DNA of 60,484 nt, filler included, from Circinaria calcarea (taxonomy: Eukaryota): assembly GCA_051942165.1 (NCBI GenBank). It is 7 parts of 7 records of this genome, joined end to end, with 100 filler letters (N's around TTAATTAATTAA, not from the genome) between each part and the next. Parts side by side here need not be neighbours in the genome. Positions count along the whole stretch, not along the records: positions 1 to 8,569 come from JAVECS010001088.1; positions 8,670 to 17,230 come from JAVECS010001089.1; 5 more parts are not named here. One strand, 5' to 3'. Below the pieces are notes generated by a model. The model was not told the DNA's origin. It was given only the letters and a program-made list of their open reading frames with translations, and made no database searches. Positions 1 to 11,620 of the stretch are shown piece after piece; position 1 is the stretch's first letter, and each line of letters opens with the position of its first letter. The position numbers were made by a program, and so were the translations under genes.

Positions 1-541
1 CCCAACCCCCCGCTCACGAGTCCCAACACCAGCACCACGCGCCCCAGTCCCACGTGCACGAACCCCCACCACCCGACCCGCTTCCCGGCCCGCTGGAACA
101 GCGCATGGTGCACCACGCCCAGCGCGACCTGAATGGCCATGGCGGCCAGCAGGCCCATGCCGATGATCGTGTGCGCGTAGTCGAGGTACCGCACGTTGAG
201 GCCCAGCCAGATGCCCAAGCCCAATCCCACAATCGCCGTCATGTAGCCCGAGATCTGCACGACCGCGTGGATGAAGACCGTGTGGCGCGAGGGCAGCGTC
301 CGCAGCAGGATGGCGCCGAGCGGGAGGATCAGCACAAAAGAGATCGCCATGATGACGCCGTGGGCGATGCGGATGGCGCGACGGGTGGAGGGGTTGGTGG
401 GGGTGGTGCGCCGGCCACCGGACCCGCCTTCGAGGAAGGCGTTGGGCGCGGAGAAGTCAGTAGGGCGGAAGGGATTGCGCGAGGGAGCTGGAGGGACGGT
501 TTGGGGGGTGCGGGGGAGGAGGACGGCGGAGAAATGGTCAT
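1..541 (-). CDS. Cytochrome b561/DOMON-type membrane protein (3' end runs off window; start unresolved)
   Basis: Manual translation of a minus frame not in the ORF track: RRAIRIAHGVIMAISFVLILPLGAILLR...FIHAVVQISGY...YAHTIIGMGLLAAMAIQVALGVVHH...FVHVGLGRVVLVLG. It shows four TM helices with the spaced heme-ligand His residues of cyt b561. The ATG at 541 is not in this frame, so an intron or homopolymer error is likely. Confidence 0.75.
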
Positions 542-1552
542 GGTGAGGTGGGAGAGGGTATTCGATGGATGAGGGTGGGGTACAGGAGTCGAGGCATTCG
601 GAGACGGAGGTGAGAGGTTCGCTGGTTGTCGGGTGAAGGTGGGTGAAGGAGGCTGATGATATGTGGTGGTTAGTAACACACTAGGGTTTTGGAATGAGGG
701 GATGATGAGATTGAAATGGTACCTAGGACCGTGAATGCGGCGAGGATTAATGTCCTCATTGCGGTGGAAATAATCTCAGAGTCCTGTTAAGGGTTTGTTG
801 TTGATTTTCCCGGCGCAAAGTCGATTCCTGTTTCTCTTCAGGAGCAGCTGCGATTGAGAATGTGCTGCTGGGTAGGCGGCTGATATAGCAGCTGGAGTGC
901 CATTGTCACTGCCACAACCTCAACGTCGTAAGCCGTTCCGCTGGGCGACTTGGCGGCTGCGGTACAGCTCTGAAACGATTTGGATTTCTGATTCCAGATA
1001 AATGTAACCCTAAATGCTTGTAGCGCGCTTGGCGCACGAGGATGACGACGAACGTGTTGGGTGGAAGTTGGCGCTTGTCGACGTTTGCGCTTGCACGATG
1101 GGTACTGTAGGTATCGATCAGAGAACCAATGTCTACCATATCGGGTTTGATATGTGGCATAATCCTGACATTCTGGTTCCCTCAGCAAGCAAGGCCCAGC
1201 GTCTTTGTGTTGGTATCTACAGAGGACTTTAAAAGTACCTAGGGCAGAAAGCGCATCATAATGATTATTGGCGACGGTCAATAGTTCAAGACTTGTTCTT
1301 ACAATATGTGACATCGGCTGTGTGAAAGCTCACGCTAGGGTATATGAACGCCATGATCTTCCCAAAGATCACCCATGAATGTATCCCCCCAGCACATTGC
1401 TAGGAGCAGCACCGCCCCGCCAAATGCAATGTCCATCCAAGCTGCTGCAAATCACCCGCGGCTGCAGCAAAATGTACCTGCAAGCCGCAAGATTCCCGAG
1501 CTATTGGATAAAAACACCCTCCGGAGAAGCTGATCAAGTACCTTTGATTAAT

Positions 1553-4500
1553 TTAATCGAGGACGACAATCTCCCTGTTTGGTTCGCTCTTCACTTCCAC
1601 CTCCTCTTCCGCTTTTTCGTCAGTTTCAATGCTCTTCTCCACGTCGAGTCCTCGCATCATCTCGTCGATTCTGAGAATCAGGCTCTCCACATTGTCTAGC
1701 GCAGCCACAATTCCATCTTTCATTCCCCTCCAGCCTTGGCCTCCATCCTGGCAGAGTCTTTTCCATGCCGCCATCACTGTACTGGAGGGTCCCTCTCTAT
1801 CGTCGGTCTCTCCTACCTCCACTGCTAGTGTAAACCAGACCACCCTGTCTAATCTCTGCCTGAGTTTGATTTCGAATAGAGCTTGAGGTCGTTCGTACGA
1901 AATACGATACCAAACGGCCGATCGCGGGAGGATGCGCACGTTGTCGTTTGCGTCCGAATTTTCAGGAGACGACTCAATTGCTGCAAATGCGCGGAGTAAG
2001 GGCAGTGTGGTTCGCAAGAGAACCGCCACACTCTGAAGTCCAGCATTCGAATTTAACGCGGTGGTTAGGAAATCTTGGATGCGGAGATGTGGGTTGCCCT
2101 TGTTAAACAAGATTTGCATCGGCGAGTCAGGGGCAAAATGCACATCTGCCTTCAGAGATTGAGAGGGAGTGGAGGAATCATAGGTGAACAATAAGCGACT
2201 GAGAGATATAGTCTCACAATGTAGGTTATTCTGTTGGATCGTCGTGAGAAAGCGGACTAATCGCTCTATTCGCTGTAGTCGTTCAAGAAGAGGGGGAATC
2301 GAGGGTGTGCCGATCGGGGTCAGCAATCGAAAGGCAAACGTGCCACTTGTGGGATGAAAAGCAATCGACGAGTCCATCGTAGACGTAAGAGTTTCGATAT
2401 TTGGTATCGGAGTGAGGAGGCGGGCGTTGACGACATGAATAACAGACTTTCGAGAGCGCGCGACACCGGCAAAACTGTGTTTGATCATTTCGTAACACCA
2501 GGCTTTCTTGTGATCCCGAGGTGTTTGAAGGATTGGAGGTACAACATGCTGTGCGAATCGCATGTATAGGTCTGGGACTCGAGTCGATGCTTGAGATTTG
2601 CTCGACTGCTGTTGCTTCCAGGGGATTCTAAAGTCGTTAAGATATTGAATGTCGGTGAATTGCGATACCATGGCCGCCGCGGCATTCTCAACTTGACCGA
2701 GGACTAGATATGACGGTTCAACGACGATCGACTTGCTGAAAGGAATTTTGAAGGTTGCCTTGAGATTTTGACGATGACTAAATCCTGGTTCCGTAATTCT
2801 CACGGTAGTTGTCTCGTCGTGTAGATGAACAACCCACCATACGTCACCGGCCATGCTGGTTGTAGAAGCTATCACCCAGCGACTGTCCCAAGACTTGATC
2901 CTGTAAAAGGAGAGTCTCATGACGTCGGGAGAAAACATCCGTCTGACAGTCTCCTGTGTTGGACTCAGCGTCCTGACTTGTTCCCAACCAAGTACTTTGA
3001 CACGAGCATCGATCTGATCCTGGGCTGTAGCGCATCTTAGATGGATGATCCGAGAGGATGCTTCGGTAGCTGGATCTTTAAGACTGTTGAGTTCGCGCTC
3101 CAAACGAACATGCAGATTTGAAGGAGGGAGTATGGCAAAAGCTCCTGATATGGGCTCTTGAACAACAGTGACTGTGCTGGACAATGTCAGCTGTACGCGA
3201 AGACAGCAATCTACAGGCTCCTTTTTGGATGCTCTGTGTTTCACCCAAAGGATTTTCTTCGAGTAGATCAACCCTTCTCGTAATTTCTTCTTGGTCACCT
3301 TCAGGATGTGATTGGTATGGGCAGCGATAATCTGCCTTAGTATTACTTCAATTGATAGGTTCCCAAGGTCCATTTTGATTCCAGGGTCCGGGACTTCTTT
3401 GCCATGACGATGCCAGCGAAGAGAAATAAAAGGACTGGCATCGGCTTCGGTTGAAGATGTCTTTTTCCCCTGTTTCCCCCGCTTGATGCCAATTTCAATC
3501 CAGTTTTTGCCACCTGGCCGGTTGAGCCAATATTGTACTACTAGGGACCTATGCAAGACCTCTACACGGAGATTTTCCGACCACCGCCCTCGAACTAGGT
3601 CAAAAGCCTGTTGTCGTAGTATGCTTATTTTATGGGTAAGCACCAGGTCGTGTAGAAAATTGAAGCAGCCAGTCAAGCCTTCCCGCCTCAGAACGTCGTT
3701 GGTCTTTCCTTCAATTTCGTCCCTTAATCTTCCCTGGGGGATTTCAGCCAGGGAAGGAGAGAAGAGGAAGCGAAAGTCGATGAAATATAGCTGTGATGAA
3801 GGGTCCTCGTCGGCAATTGAAAGTTCGATTTCGAATTCCTTGTGCACTCGAAACGTTGCTCTACCTGAAGCTATGGAGAAGTTGCGTAACCGGGGGGGTA
3901 TGTCCTCGTGCAAATTCAGTCGAATTGAGAGTAGGGTATTTACTGTACGAAGGGCTTTCAGTAGCTGCTGCGCTGACAGAGGTTCTGGCGGTAAGTAGCC
4001 CAGCTATTGACCAGTAAGCTTCCCAACCACCGGGGCGTTTACCAGCCTAACGTTAACTCACATCAGGAAGCCAAGACGCCTTCCCGGTCGAAAGTGCCTC
4101 CACGGCAACCTTCAAATCGGGACTTGGCATCTTCGCTGCGCATAATTGTCTTTTGAGCTCCCCCATCCAGAGTGTGGCATCGTCGTAGAGCCGTTTTTGG
4201 CCCACCTGCCATGAATTGACGTCGATAACCTTACCCACAGCCTCCGCTTGGCGGCTCCATTGCGAAAGAACCAACAGCTTGATGAATTTCGCCCGGCGGT
4301 CCTGACAAAAATTCCAAAGGCGTTCTTTTTTCTGGACATTGGCCGGTGAGGCATGACTGGCGCCAGCTCCGTTCAGGTACGATGACGCATGATTCGACTG
4401 CGGTGCCTGCATGTCAGCCATCTCATTGATGACTTCACCCAAGCCATTGAACGTCTCCTGCGCCAGTCGGATCATCAGTTTCGAAAGCGGTTGGTACCCT

Positions 4501-4781
4501 TGCGTAATGTGTTCGATCTCCGGCGGCATCTGGTTGTGCATTTTCTCGGCAGTGCTTGCCAGCAGTTCGGACGACGATGGAGGATCTATGGTGGTACTTT
4601 TGGCGTGGAGTCCGTTGGTCAGAGTCCCGGTCCCATTTAGATGCGCCATGCCGTTCGGGCGCCCATCTGCTATTTCATTCTTCAGATCTCCGTCAGTCAT
4701 AGTGCCGCAGTTCCCCTCGGCACGGGACTTGCTGGGTTTAAGGTCGCTGCTGTTTTCCGCCCGTTTCAACACGCCCGGCAT
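1553..4781 (-). CDS. MED14: Mediator complex subunit 14 (Rgr1)
   Basis: MPGV start at 4781; PPEIEHITQGYQPLSKL...RAKFIKLLVLSQWSR...PDLKVAVEALSTG. GT-AG intron 4061-4004 joins to LGYLPPEPL...RLNLHEDIP...GRATFRV..EFEIELS. Confidence 0.93.
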
Positions 4782-6363
4782 GACGCCTTGGTCGTCCCTG
4801 GCTCCCTCCCCCGGCTGCCGGCCCTCACCGTCCGTCTTCTGCTTCGTCTTCCCCTCCACCGTTCCCTCCCCCAAGCGTTCTAGCGACTCTATTTTGCCTA
4901 TCCAGACGACATCCAAATGGGGTTCCTGGAATGTGCTTGGAAGAAGCTTTGCGACAGTGCGCAGAGCCGGGCCTTTGTCTCTAGCGCATGGATATGCTGG
5001 GGCTCACCGTTGGCAGCGGATCCGATCCGATGTTTGAATCGAGGTCCGTCCAACCGCTGCTACACCTGGGGCGAGGTTGGGTTCTGCTGTGGGCGGGTAT
5101 GACCGGTCGGTGTCATGGGATCTGAGGTGGACGAAAGTGACGACGTCAAGTGAGAGGTGACGGGGCTGGTCGATGGCGAAGAACGAGGGTGGAGGTCTAT
5201 GGGTACAAGGCGGTGGGGGATGAAGTGGATGTCGGATGGCTGACACCATTCAGCGCCGGGGAGGTGGAGGTGGAGGTGGAGTGCAGCGCGAAGCCAAAGG
5301 CAAATGGTCAGACCGAGAGGGACGCGGGTATGGAGACTTAGTGCGGAGCTAGTGGGAGCCCTCCGCAAGCAACCCAGAAAGTTCCCGCCAAGACCCGGGG
5401 GGCTGTTGTTGCCCTTTATCACCGAGTGAGTGAGTGAGCGAGTGAGCAAAGAATCACTTCCAAATGGAGGGAGACGACAGGCATCTTCTTGCACTCGCTA
5501 TTTCACCGTATTCCCCCATGAAGGTTTGCTACATGCAGTTCAGAGGACGGGGGAGACCAACGGTACCTTAATCATGCATACTGTCCACTATCATCATGCG
5601 GAGGATATTATCCCCCACACTTTGCTCGCTCGGAACCCAATAAATCCAAAGGCTGAAACGAAGCTACGGAGTACTGAAGACAGATTTCGTCTTATAAAAG
5701 GCCACGGCAGTTCCCTCGCACCGACAAGGCACCCGCGGTACGGTCCAAACAAAGGCGGGCGAGGAAGCTGATGCTCAAGTGTGAAGAAACCGGGGATAAT
5801 CGGGGGCTTTGTCGGCCCTAGCGTTAGTGCCCATGCGGCATGTGGTCTTCTTCTAGTCCCAGTGTCTAATTTCGAATCCGTCCATGCTCCTTCTTCTCCT
5901 CCACTGCGACATCTTCTCTCTCTCTCCCTCTCTCCGCTTCTGCATCACCCCCAGAAGGAATTGGGTCCGCCGTCCTGATGCGCCAGAGGATATTTCCCAA
6001 ATTCGTCATGGAGGACCCGGGATCAGGGCTGGAGGAGCAGAACTCAATCCTTAATTAAATCCTTCGTATGCAAAATCCGAGCCAATCGGGCTCCGTCAGC
6101 TAGTGAGGGAAAAACGTGGAAGAGCGGGAGTCATGGTTTGTCGCTTATTCATCCGCGTCGTCCCAACACACAAACCCAATAACGTGGTGACAAGCAGTCA
6201 GGCAAGCTTACCTCTATATTCGTGACACGAATAGGTCCCTCACGTCGCAGAGCCACGACCGTCGCCTCCACCGCGAGAACCGTCGCAATCCAAAGCCTCC
6301 TTTCCCTCCCCGACTCCCTCCTTCGAGGCCGACGATGAGGATTCGTCATCGGACCGGCAAGAC

Positions 6364-8283
6364 ATGGAATCCAATCAAGGCTCGGCCACTCACAGTCGAG
6401 CCCCGCGCTATCCGGGCGAGGACACACGATTGACGAGTCGGAAAGAAATCTCTGGTTGGTACAGCTATGGCTGGGCGGCAGAGGTCTTTGCGGTTTGCGG
6501 CGTTGGTACGGGCAAATGATTTCCCTACTATTGTCATGTCCGCCATCGAAAGCTGAGCTTTCCATTTTGTGGTTCAGGATCATTCATACCGATCACGTTG
6601 GAGCAGCTGGCGCGGGAACGCGGAGTCCTGCTGTCAGATCGGTCCACCCCCTGCACCGTGGGTCGTAACCGGCCGAAACAGCCCGGATACAGGGGGGCGG
6701 GTACTTTTTTGATCGGGGCCAGAGAAGACATTACGCTGCCAGACAAGGGTCAATGTATCATTAAACTCTTCGGGACCGAGATCAACACGGCCAGTTTTGC
6801 CATGTACACCTTTTCCATCAGTGTCCTTATCCAGGCGCTTTTGATCATTTCCATGTCCGGTGCTGCCGATCATGGAAATTACAGGAAGAGGCTGTTGCTA
6901 TCATTTGCATTTGTTGGTTCTCTATCGACGATGCTGTTTCTGCCCGTGGTTCCCAAGGTCTACCTGTTAGGTGCCTTCCTTGCTATAATTGCCAACACAT
7001 GCTTTGGCGCGTCCTTTGTCCTGCTAAACTCCTTTCTTCCGTTGATCGTCCGACATCATCCATCTATCCATCGCCCGAACTTGCACTCATCAGTGGAAGG
7101 TTTAGCTGACCAGGGCCACGAGTCATCCGAAGATTTCAGCGAGGGTGATATCGAAGGCTCAACGTCTGCTTTACTAAACTCGTCTGGCAGTCATATATCC
7201 AAAGTAGCGCCAGCCAGTCCATCACCGTCATCGTCTCCTGAGCTGCAGCTTTCCACGGAAATATCTTCCTATGGAATTGGCATCGGCTATGCAGCTGCTG
7301 TGCTCGTACAAGTCTTTGCTATCTTTGTCCTTATCCTTACCGGCTCCACCACCTTTTCCTTTCGCCTAGTCCTCTTCCTCATTGGCCTTTGGTGGTTTAT
7401 CTTCACGATCCCCGCTGCACTCTGGCTTCGTCCTCGACCAGGCCCTCCGATTCCTTCCCCGAGCAAGGGCGAGCCACAGCGCAGTTGGTTAGCCTATATT
7501 GCATATGCGTGGCGATCACTAGGCAAAACCGTTTTCCGCGCCCGTCATTTGAAAGATGTCCTGTTCTTCCTTGGCGCATGGTTTCTCCTGAGTGACGGCA
7601 TTGCCACCGTCAGTGGTACTGCGATCCTGTTTGCCAAGACAGAATTGAGAATGCCACCCGGCGCTCTTGCACTCATCAATGTAGTCGTTACCCTTTTCGG
7701 CATCACCGGTGCCTTTGCATGGAGTCGGCTCTCACGATTCTTCCACCTTCGTCCGTCCCAAACCATCTTCACTTGTATCTGCTTGTTTGAATTCATTCCT
7801 CTGTACGGTCTTGTGGGATACATCCCATTCATTGCTCAACTCGGCGTCTTCGGTCTGCAGCAACCGTGGGAAATGTACCCGCTCGCTGCCATTTACGGCT
7901 TCGTCCTCGGTGGACTGTCATCATATTGTCGAAGTCTGTTTGGAGAACTCATTCCTCCGGGCTCGGAGGCTGCCTTTTACGCCCTCTACGCGATTACCGA
8001 CAAAGGTTCCAGTATCTTTGGACCTGCGATTGTCGGCGCGATCACTGACCGGTACGGGGAGATTCGGCCGGCGTTTGTGTTCTTGGCGGTGTTGATCGCG
8101 CTCCCGTTACCGTTGATGGCGTTGGTGGATGTGGAGAGGGGAAAGCGAGATGGAAAGGATCTGGCTCGAGAGTTGGAAGGACTTACCGAGGAGGAACGGG
8201 AGTGGGAAGCCGAAGCCGAAGCCGAAGCCGAAGCCGAGGGCATGTCGGTTGTCATGGAGGAAGAGATTGAGGATGATGGTTGA
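6364..8283 (+). CDS. ATG22: Autophagy-related protein 22, vacuolar MFS amino-acid effluxer
   Basis: [28 protein letters not shown], intron ~6507-6577, then [13 protein letters not shown]...[15 protein letters not shown]...[23 protein letters not shown]. The frame is open upstream to 6235 (SFEADDE), so the true start may be ATG 6133 plus an intron. Confidence 0.93.
8206..8238 (+). repeat. (GAAGCC)n hexamer repeat encoding (EA)n in the ATG22 tail
   Basis: gaagccgaagccgaagccgaagccgaagccgag. Confidence 0.9.
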
Positions 8284-8569
8284 TTCGGCAGGAAAGTCCT
8301 TGCCTTGGTTACCTGGCGAAGGGGTTTCTTTTTTTTACTTTTCGATTAGCTGGATGCATGCATCCTTCCTGGGGGGGGGGGTTTTTTATTTATTTTTTTT
8401 GGTTAAAAAAGAGGCCCTGTGCAAAGATACCATTATGTTCGTAATTATTTCCTTGGCTTCTAGTCTCTATCACCATCATCATCACTCTCGTCTTTCAAAT
8501 CTCCCCCTTGGACCCTTTTAAATTAAAATCCTTACCATCGCCCAAAAAAAAACCCCCCCTCGCTCCCTC

Positions 8570-8669
8570 NNNNNNNNNNNNNNNNNNNNNNNNNNNNNNN
8601 NNNNNNNNNNNNNTTAATTAATTAANNNNNNNNNNNNNNNNNNNNNNNNNNNNNNNNNNNNNNNNNNNN
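8570..8669. other. Artificial contig spacer N44-TTAATTAATTAA-N44
   Basis: 100-nt spacer with stops in all six frames; identical copies at 17231, 25892, 34549, 43203 and 51856. Confidence 0.98.
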
Positions 8670-11620
8670 CGGTATTCAATTGAATCACCGAATGGTGTCG
8701 ACAAAGGTGGAGCGAGATCAGCAGTTAGTGGTTGAAACTCATCGCCTAGGCTATTCTGAAAGGCTTCAAGAGACTGTCTTATGTCTTGCCATTCCTGTTC
8801 GGCTTCGAGCATGGCGGCTTCGAGCATGGCGACTTCAAGTCCAATCTCCTCGGTCGGCGACGAAGCAAAATAAAGCTTGTCGCGTGGCGCTGAAAAGAAT
8901 GCAGTTGGCATAGAAGCATGTCCAACGTTGGGTACCATTCCGTACATCGGAGGCTGGTTTACAGTAGGTTGTGCGTTGCCCGCAGGATAACGTTTCTGAT
9001 GATGTAGGGTAGAACCAGTGGAGGGTCCGCCTGGTGGCGGGCCGGGAAACATTCCTGGTGGGGGCCGCCATTGACCACCATTGGCCTCTACGACTTTCTT
9101 TTTTCTCATTAGATCTCTGCTTGCGTAATCGGCAATACGGCCCATAAGTAGAATTAGATGGTCCATTGTTCCATAAATAGCACCCAACCTTCCAATACAA
9201 GCACGAGGTGGGCAGCTCGACCAATGACTGTAAGGTAACCTGTAGAGAATTAGTGAAACGTCGGTACCTTGGACTTTGTCACCTACAGAAGACGGTTCCC
9301 ACTGATAAGGCTTTGATACATGTCCTGCTTGCAATACCAGAAGAATAGGTCTCCGTAGATCTTGTATTCCTCGATATCCTTGGAGGTAATTGCGGCTTTT
9401 GGAACCTCAACTAGGGGATCCGTATCGATGATCCGACCATACTCATCGTAACGGACCTTCCGCCCCATGATCTGGTTGATCAAACTCTCGTCTAGCTCAT
9501 CCTGGTTTGGAAAGCCGTTGTAATTCGAAAAGCCAGAGTAAGGATTTTGCCAGCTGCTATAGAGATGTCCTGCTTTTGCTCGCGCGTTCTCTTCCTTGAT
9601 GCGTTTCGTCATACTCCTATAGTCTACTTCCATGAGAAGCTGCCTTGCGCCTGTAAGGTGTTTCATCCAGACGCTATGCTCCGAAGAGGATGCTTCATAG
9701 AAGCTCAAGATCAAAGTGGCAGCGATGGTGCTGATGTTTGTACGTTTCGACGGACTGGCAACTGCCTTGGCTATCCGACGGATAGCGTAGTGATAATGCT
9801 TCAAAGATGTATGGACAGAACTATGCTGGAGTCTCGCTATGTGTAGGCTAGCCAGAGCAAGCATTGCATGTAAAAGAGCTTGATTAGAAAGGGCCTTCAT
9901 TGGTAAGGTGTAAGTCCATAGTGCTTGAAGCGCACTGGGAACGGCCGCTCCAGTAAACATCATTGAGCTATTCTGAGGATGACGTTCATATATCGACATG
10001 CTGGGACCAGTGGCGGTGATGAAATGACAAAATATCCTGGCTGTCATGGAGTCCATAAGTGGGGACGCGGTGAATTGAGGCTGATAGGTTGACAATATGT
10101 TCGGCTCATTTAAGAAGGTAGTATATGATCGCAGAGACCGGTCGTCCCGACTTGCAGAAAGGGCAACCATTAGACCCAGATCGTTTTGAGGTGTGGATGC
10201 AATTTGATTGTTGCTACTGCTTTCTCCCTCGTCTGAGACAACATCAAAGTAGTCATCCTCTCCCTCTTCTATACCTAGCTCGGTTTGGAAGATGCGAGGG
10301 ATCTGAAGGTTCTGGACCTCCTCCAAATCGAAGACTGGGTACTCCGACTTGATCGCTCCGTATGATGTTTTATGACTGGGATAACCTTTGCGAAACGGAA
10401 CGAAATTAGTACCGCCACAAATATAATACAGCATTTGTGTAGGATGCTGTCCAACTCATCTCTAGACATCAATGAAAAGACTCGCATACCTAACACCTCG
10501 GTTTGTTGGCTCTGATGACCATCTCCAGCATCCCAATTGGTCCTTTGATTGCTGCCAGTTGTAAAGGGCAGGTTAGTGCTTGAGTGGAGGCTCGCGAATC
10601 CATACTCATTACTGCCTATATCGTACAAGGTGCTAGGAAGAGGGTTTAGGTTAGTGGCCATATCGAAGCCTTGTGGACGCATGGATTGTGAGGCTAGCTC
10701 CACATGATCACTCAAAGGTACCTGGCCAGCTAAAAGATCGAGGTGTCTATTTGGGGCCTCGGCAGAATCTTTAGGCACTGCGCTTGGTACGAGGTTCTGT
10801 GGCCATGCAGGAGAGACAATGGGATGAGTGACGTCGATACCGCCGGTAACCTCGCCAGGGTGTTGAGTTCGTAATGTAGGGGGAGGAGCGGATACCATAG
10901 CTTCACCTGTTGCGGGAACAGCAGCAATCGTGTCACGGCCGGCAGCGGACGAGCTGTCTTGTTGCTGATACATTTGCCTCATCCTGGGTGGCAGGTGATC
11001 GGACACCTGCACGGGACCGCCCAGACCATTTGCATATGAACTGTAGGAGTCTCCCGACCAATCCGCCGTGGTCGATTTGGCTGGGGAGTAGTAGTCACTC
11101 AGCGCCTGCTGAGGGGGCAGACGGGGTGCAATCATAGGCAATTGGCTCTGGGAGCCTGATCCGGACTGGGACCGCCCATACTGCCCGGCGGCCCCATTCT
11201 GGGCAGAGAGAGCCTGATAATGGACACCGGTCCCTTTGAACCATCCAGGGCGAAAGGCGCTCAGCGGGTCTTTGAAGGTCAGACGGGGAGCATAGCCCTC
11301 GCATCCCCGTTTCGACTTGATGCAATTGGCGCATGTCGGGCGCTCCTCTCCGCACTTGATGCGTCGCTTCCGACACGCTATCTCAACGTTAGAGAGTCCC
11401 AAGCCGTTGCATGTAATGACCTACTAAGACATCCCGTCTTCGTCCTCTTTCGGGCTTTCAGTGCATTTTGTACTTTGGCGACCTCGGCGCTGTTGGCGGC
11501 CTGCGACTTTGCCTGTTGATCCGATGAAGATGGCTCGTCGTTCTGCGACTCGACGTCCAGGCGCAAAGTGCCTTCGACGCCGCCGAGATTCGACACCAGG
11601 CCTTGTGCTGGATCATTCAT
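8670..11620 (-). CDS. Zn(II)2Cys6 transcription factor with fungal-specific TF domain (3' truncated at gap)
   Basis: RKRTKTGCL|TCRKRRIKCGEERPTCANCIKSKRGCEGY after splicing intron 11424-11378. Further introns at 10489-10386 and ~9286-9240. ALLHAMLALASLHIA..SLKHYHYAIRRI helix motif. Confidence 0.92.

Noticed and set aside
54..572. 172-aa plus-strand ORF
   Set aside because: Antisense shadow of the GC-rich cytochrome b561-like gene on the minus strand.
1005..1013. TAACCCTAA, identical to the Neurospora telomerase template
   Set aside because: Only ~550 nt lie between it and the MED14 stop, and no enclosing helices were noticed. A 9-mer of this class is expected by chance in 60 kb.
838..1314. 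Overlapping short ORFs between the b561 gene and MED14
   Set aside because: No recognisable domain; cannot distinguish from chance ORFs.
4782..4916. N-terminal extension of the MED14 ORF given in the track
   Set aside because: Begins at a non-ATG codon; MPGV at 4781 is the more plausible start.
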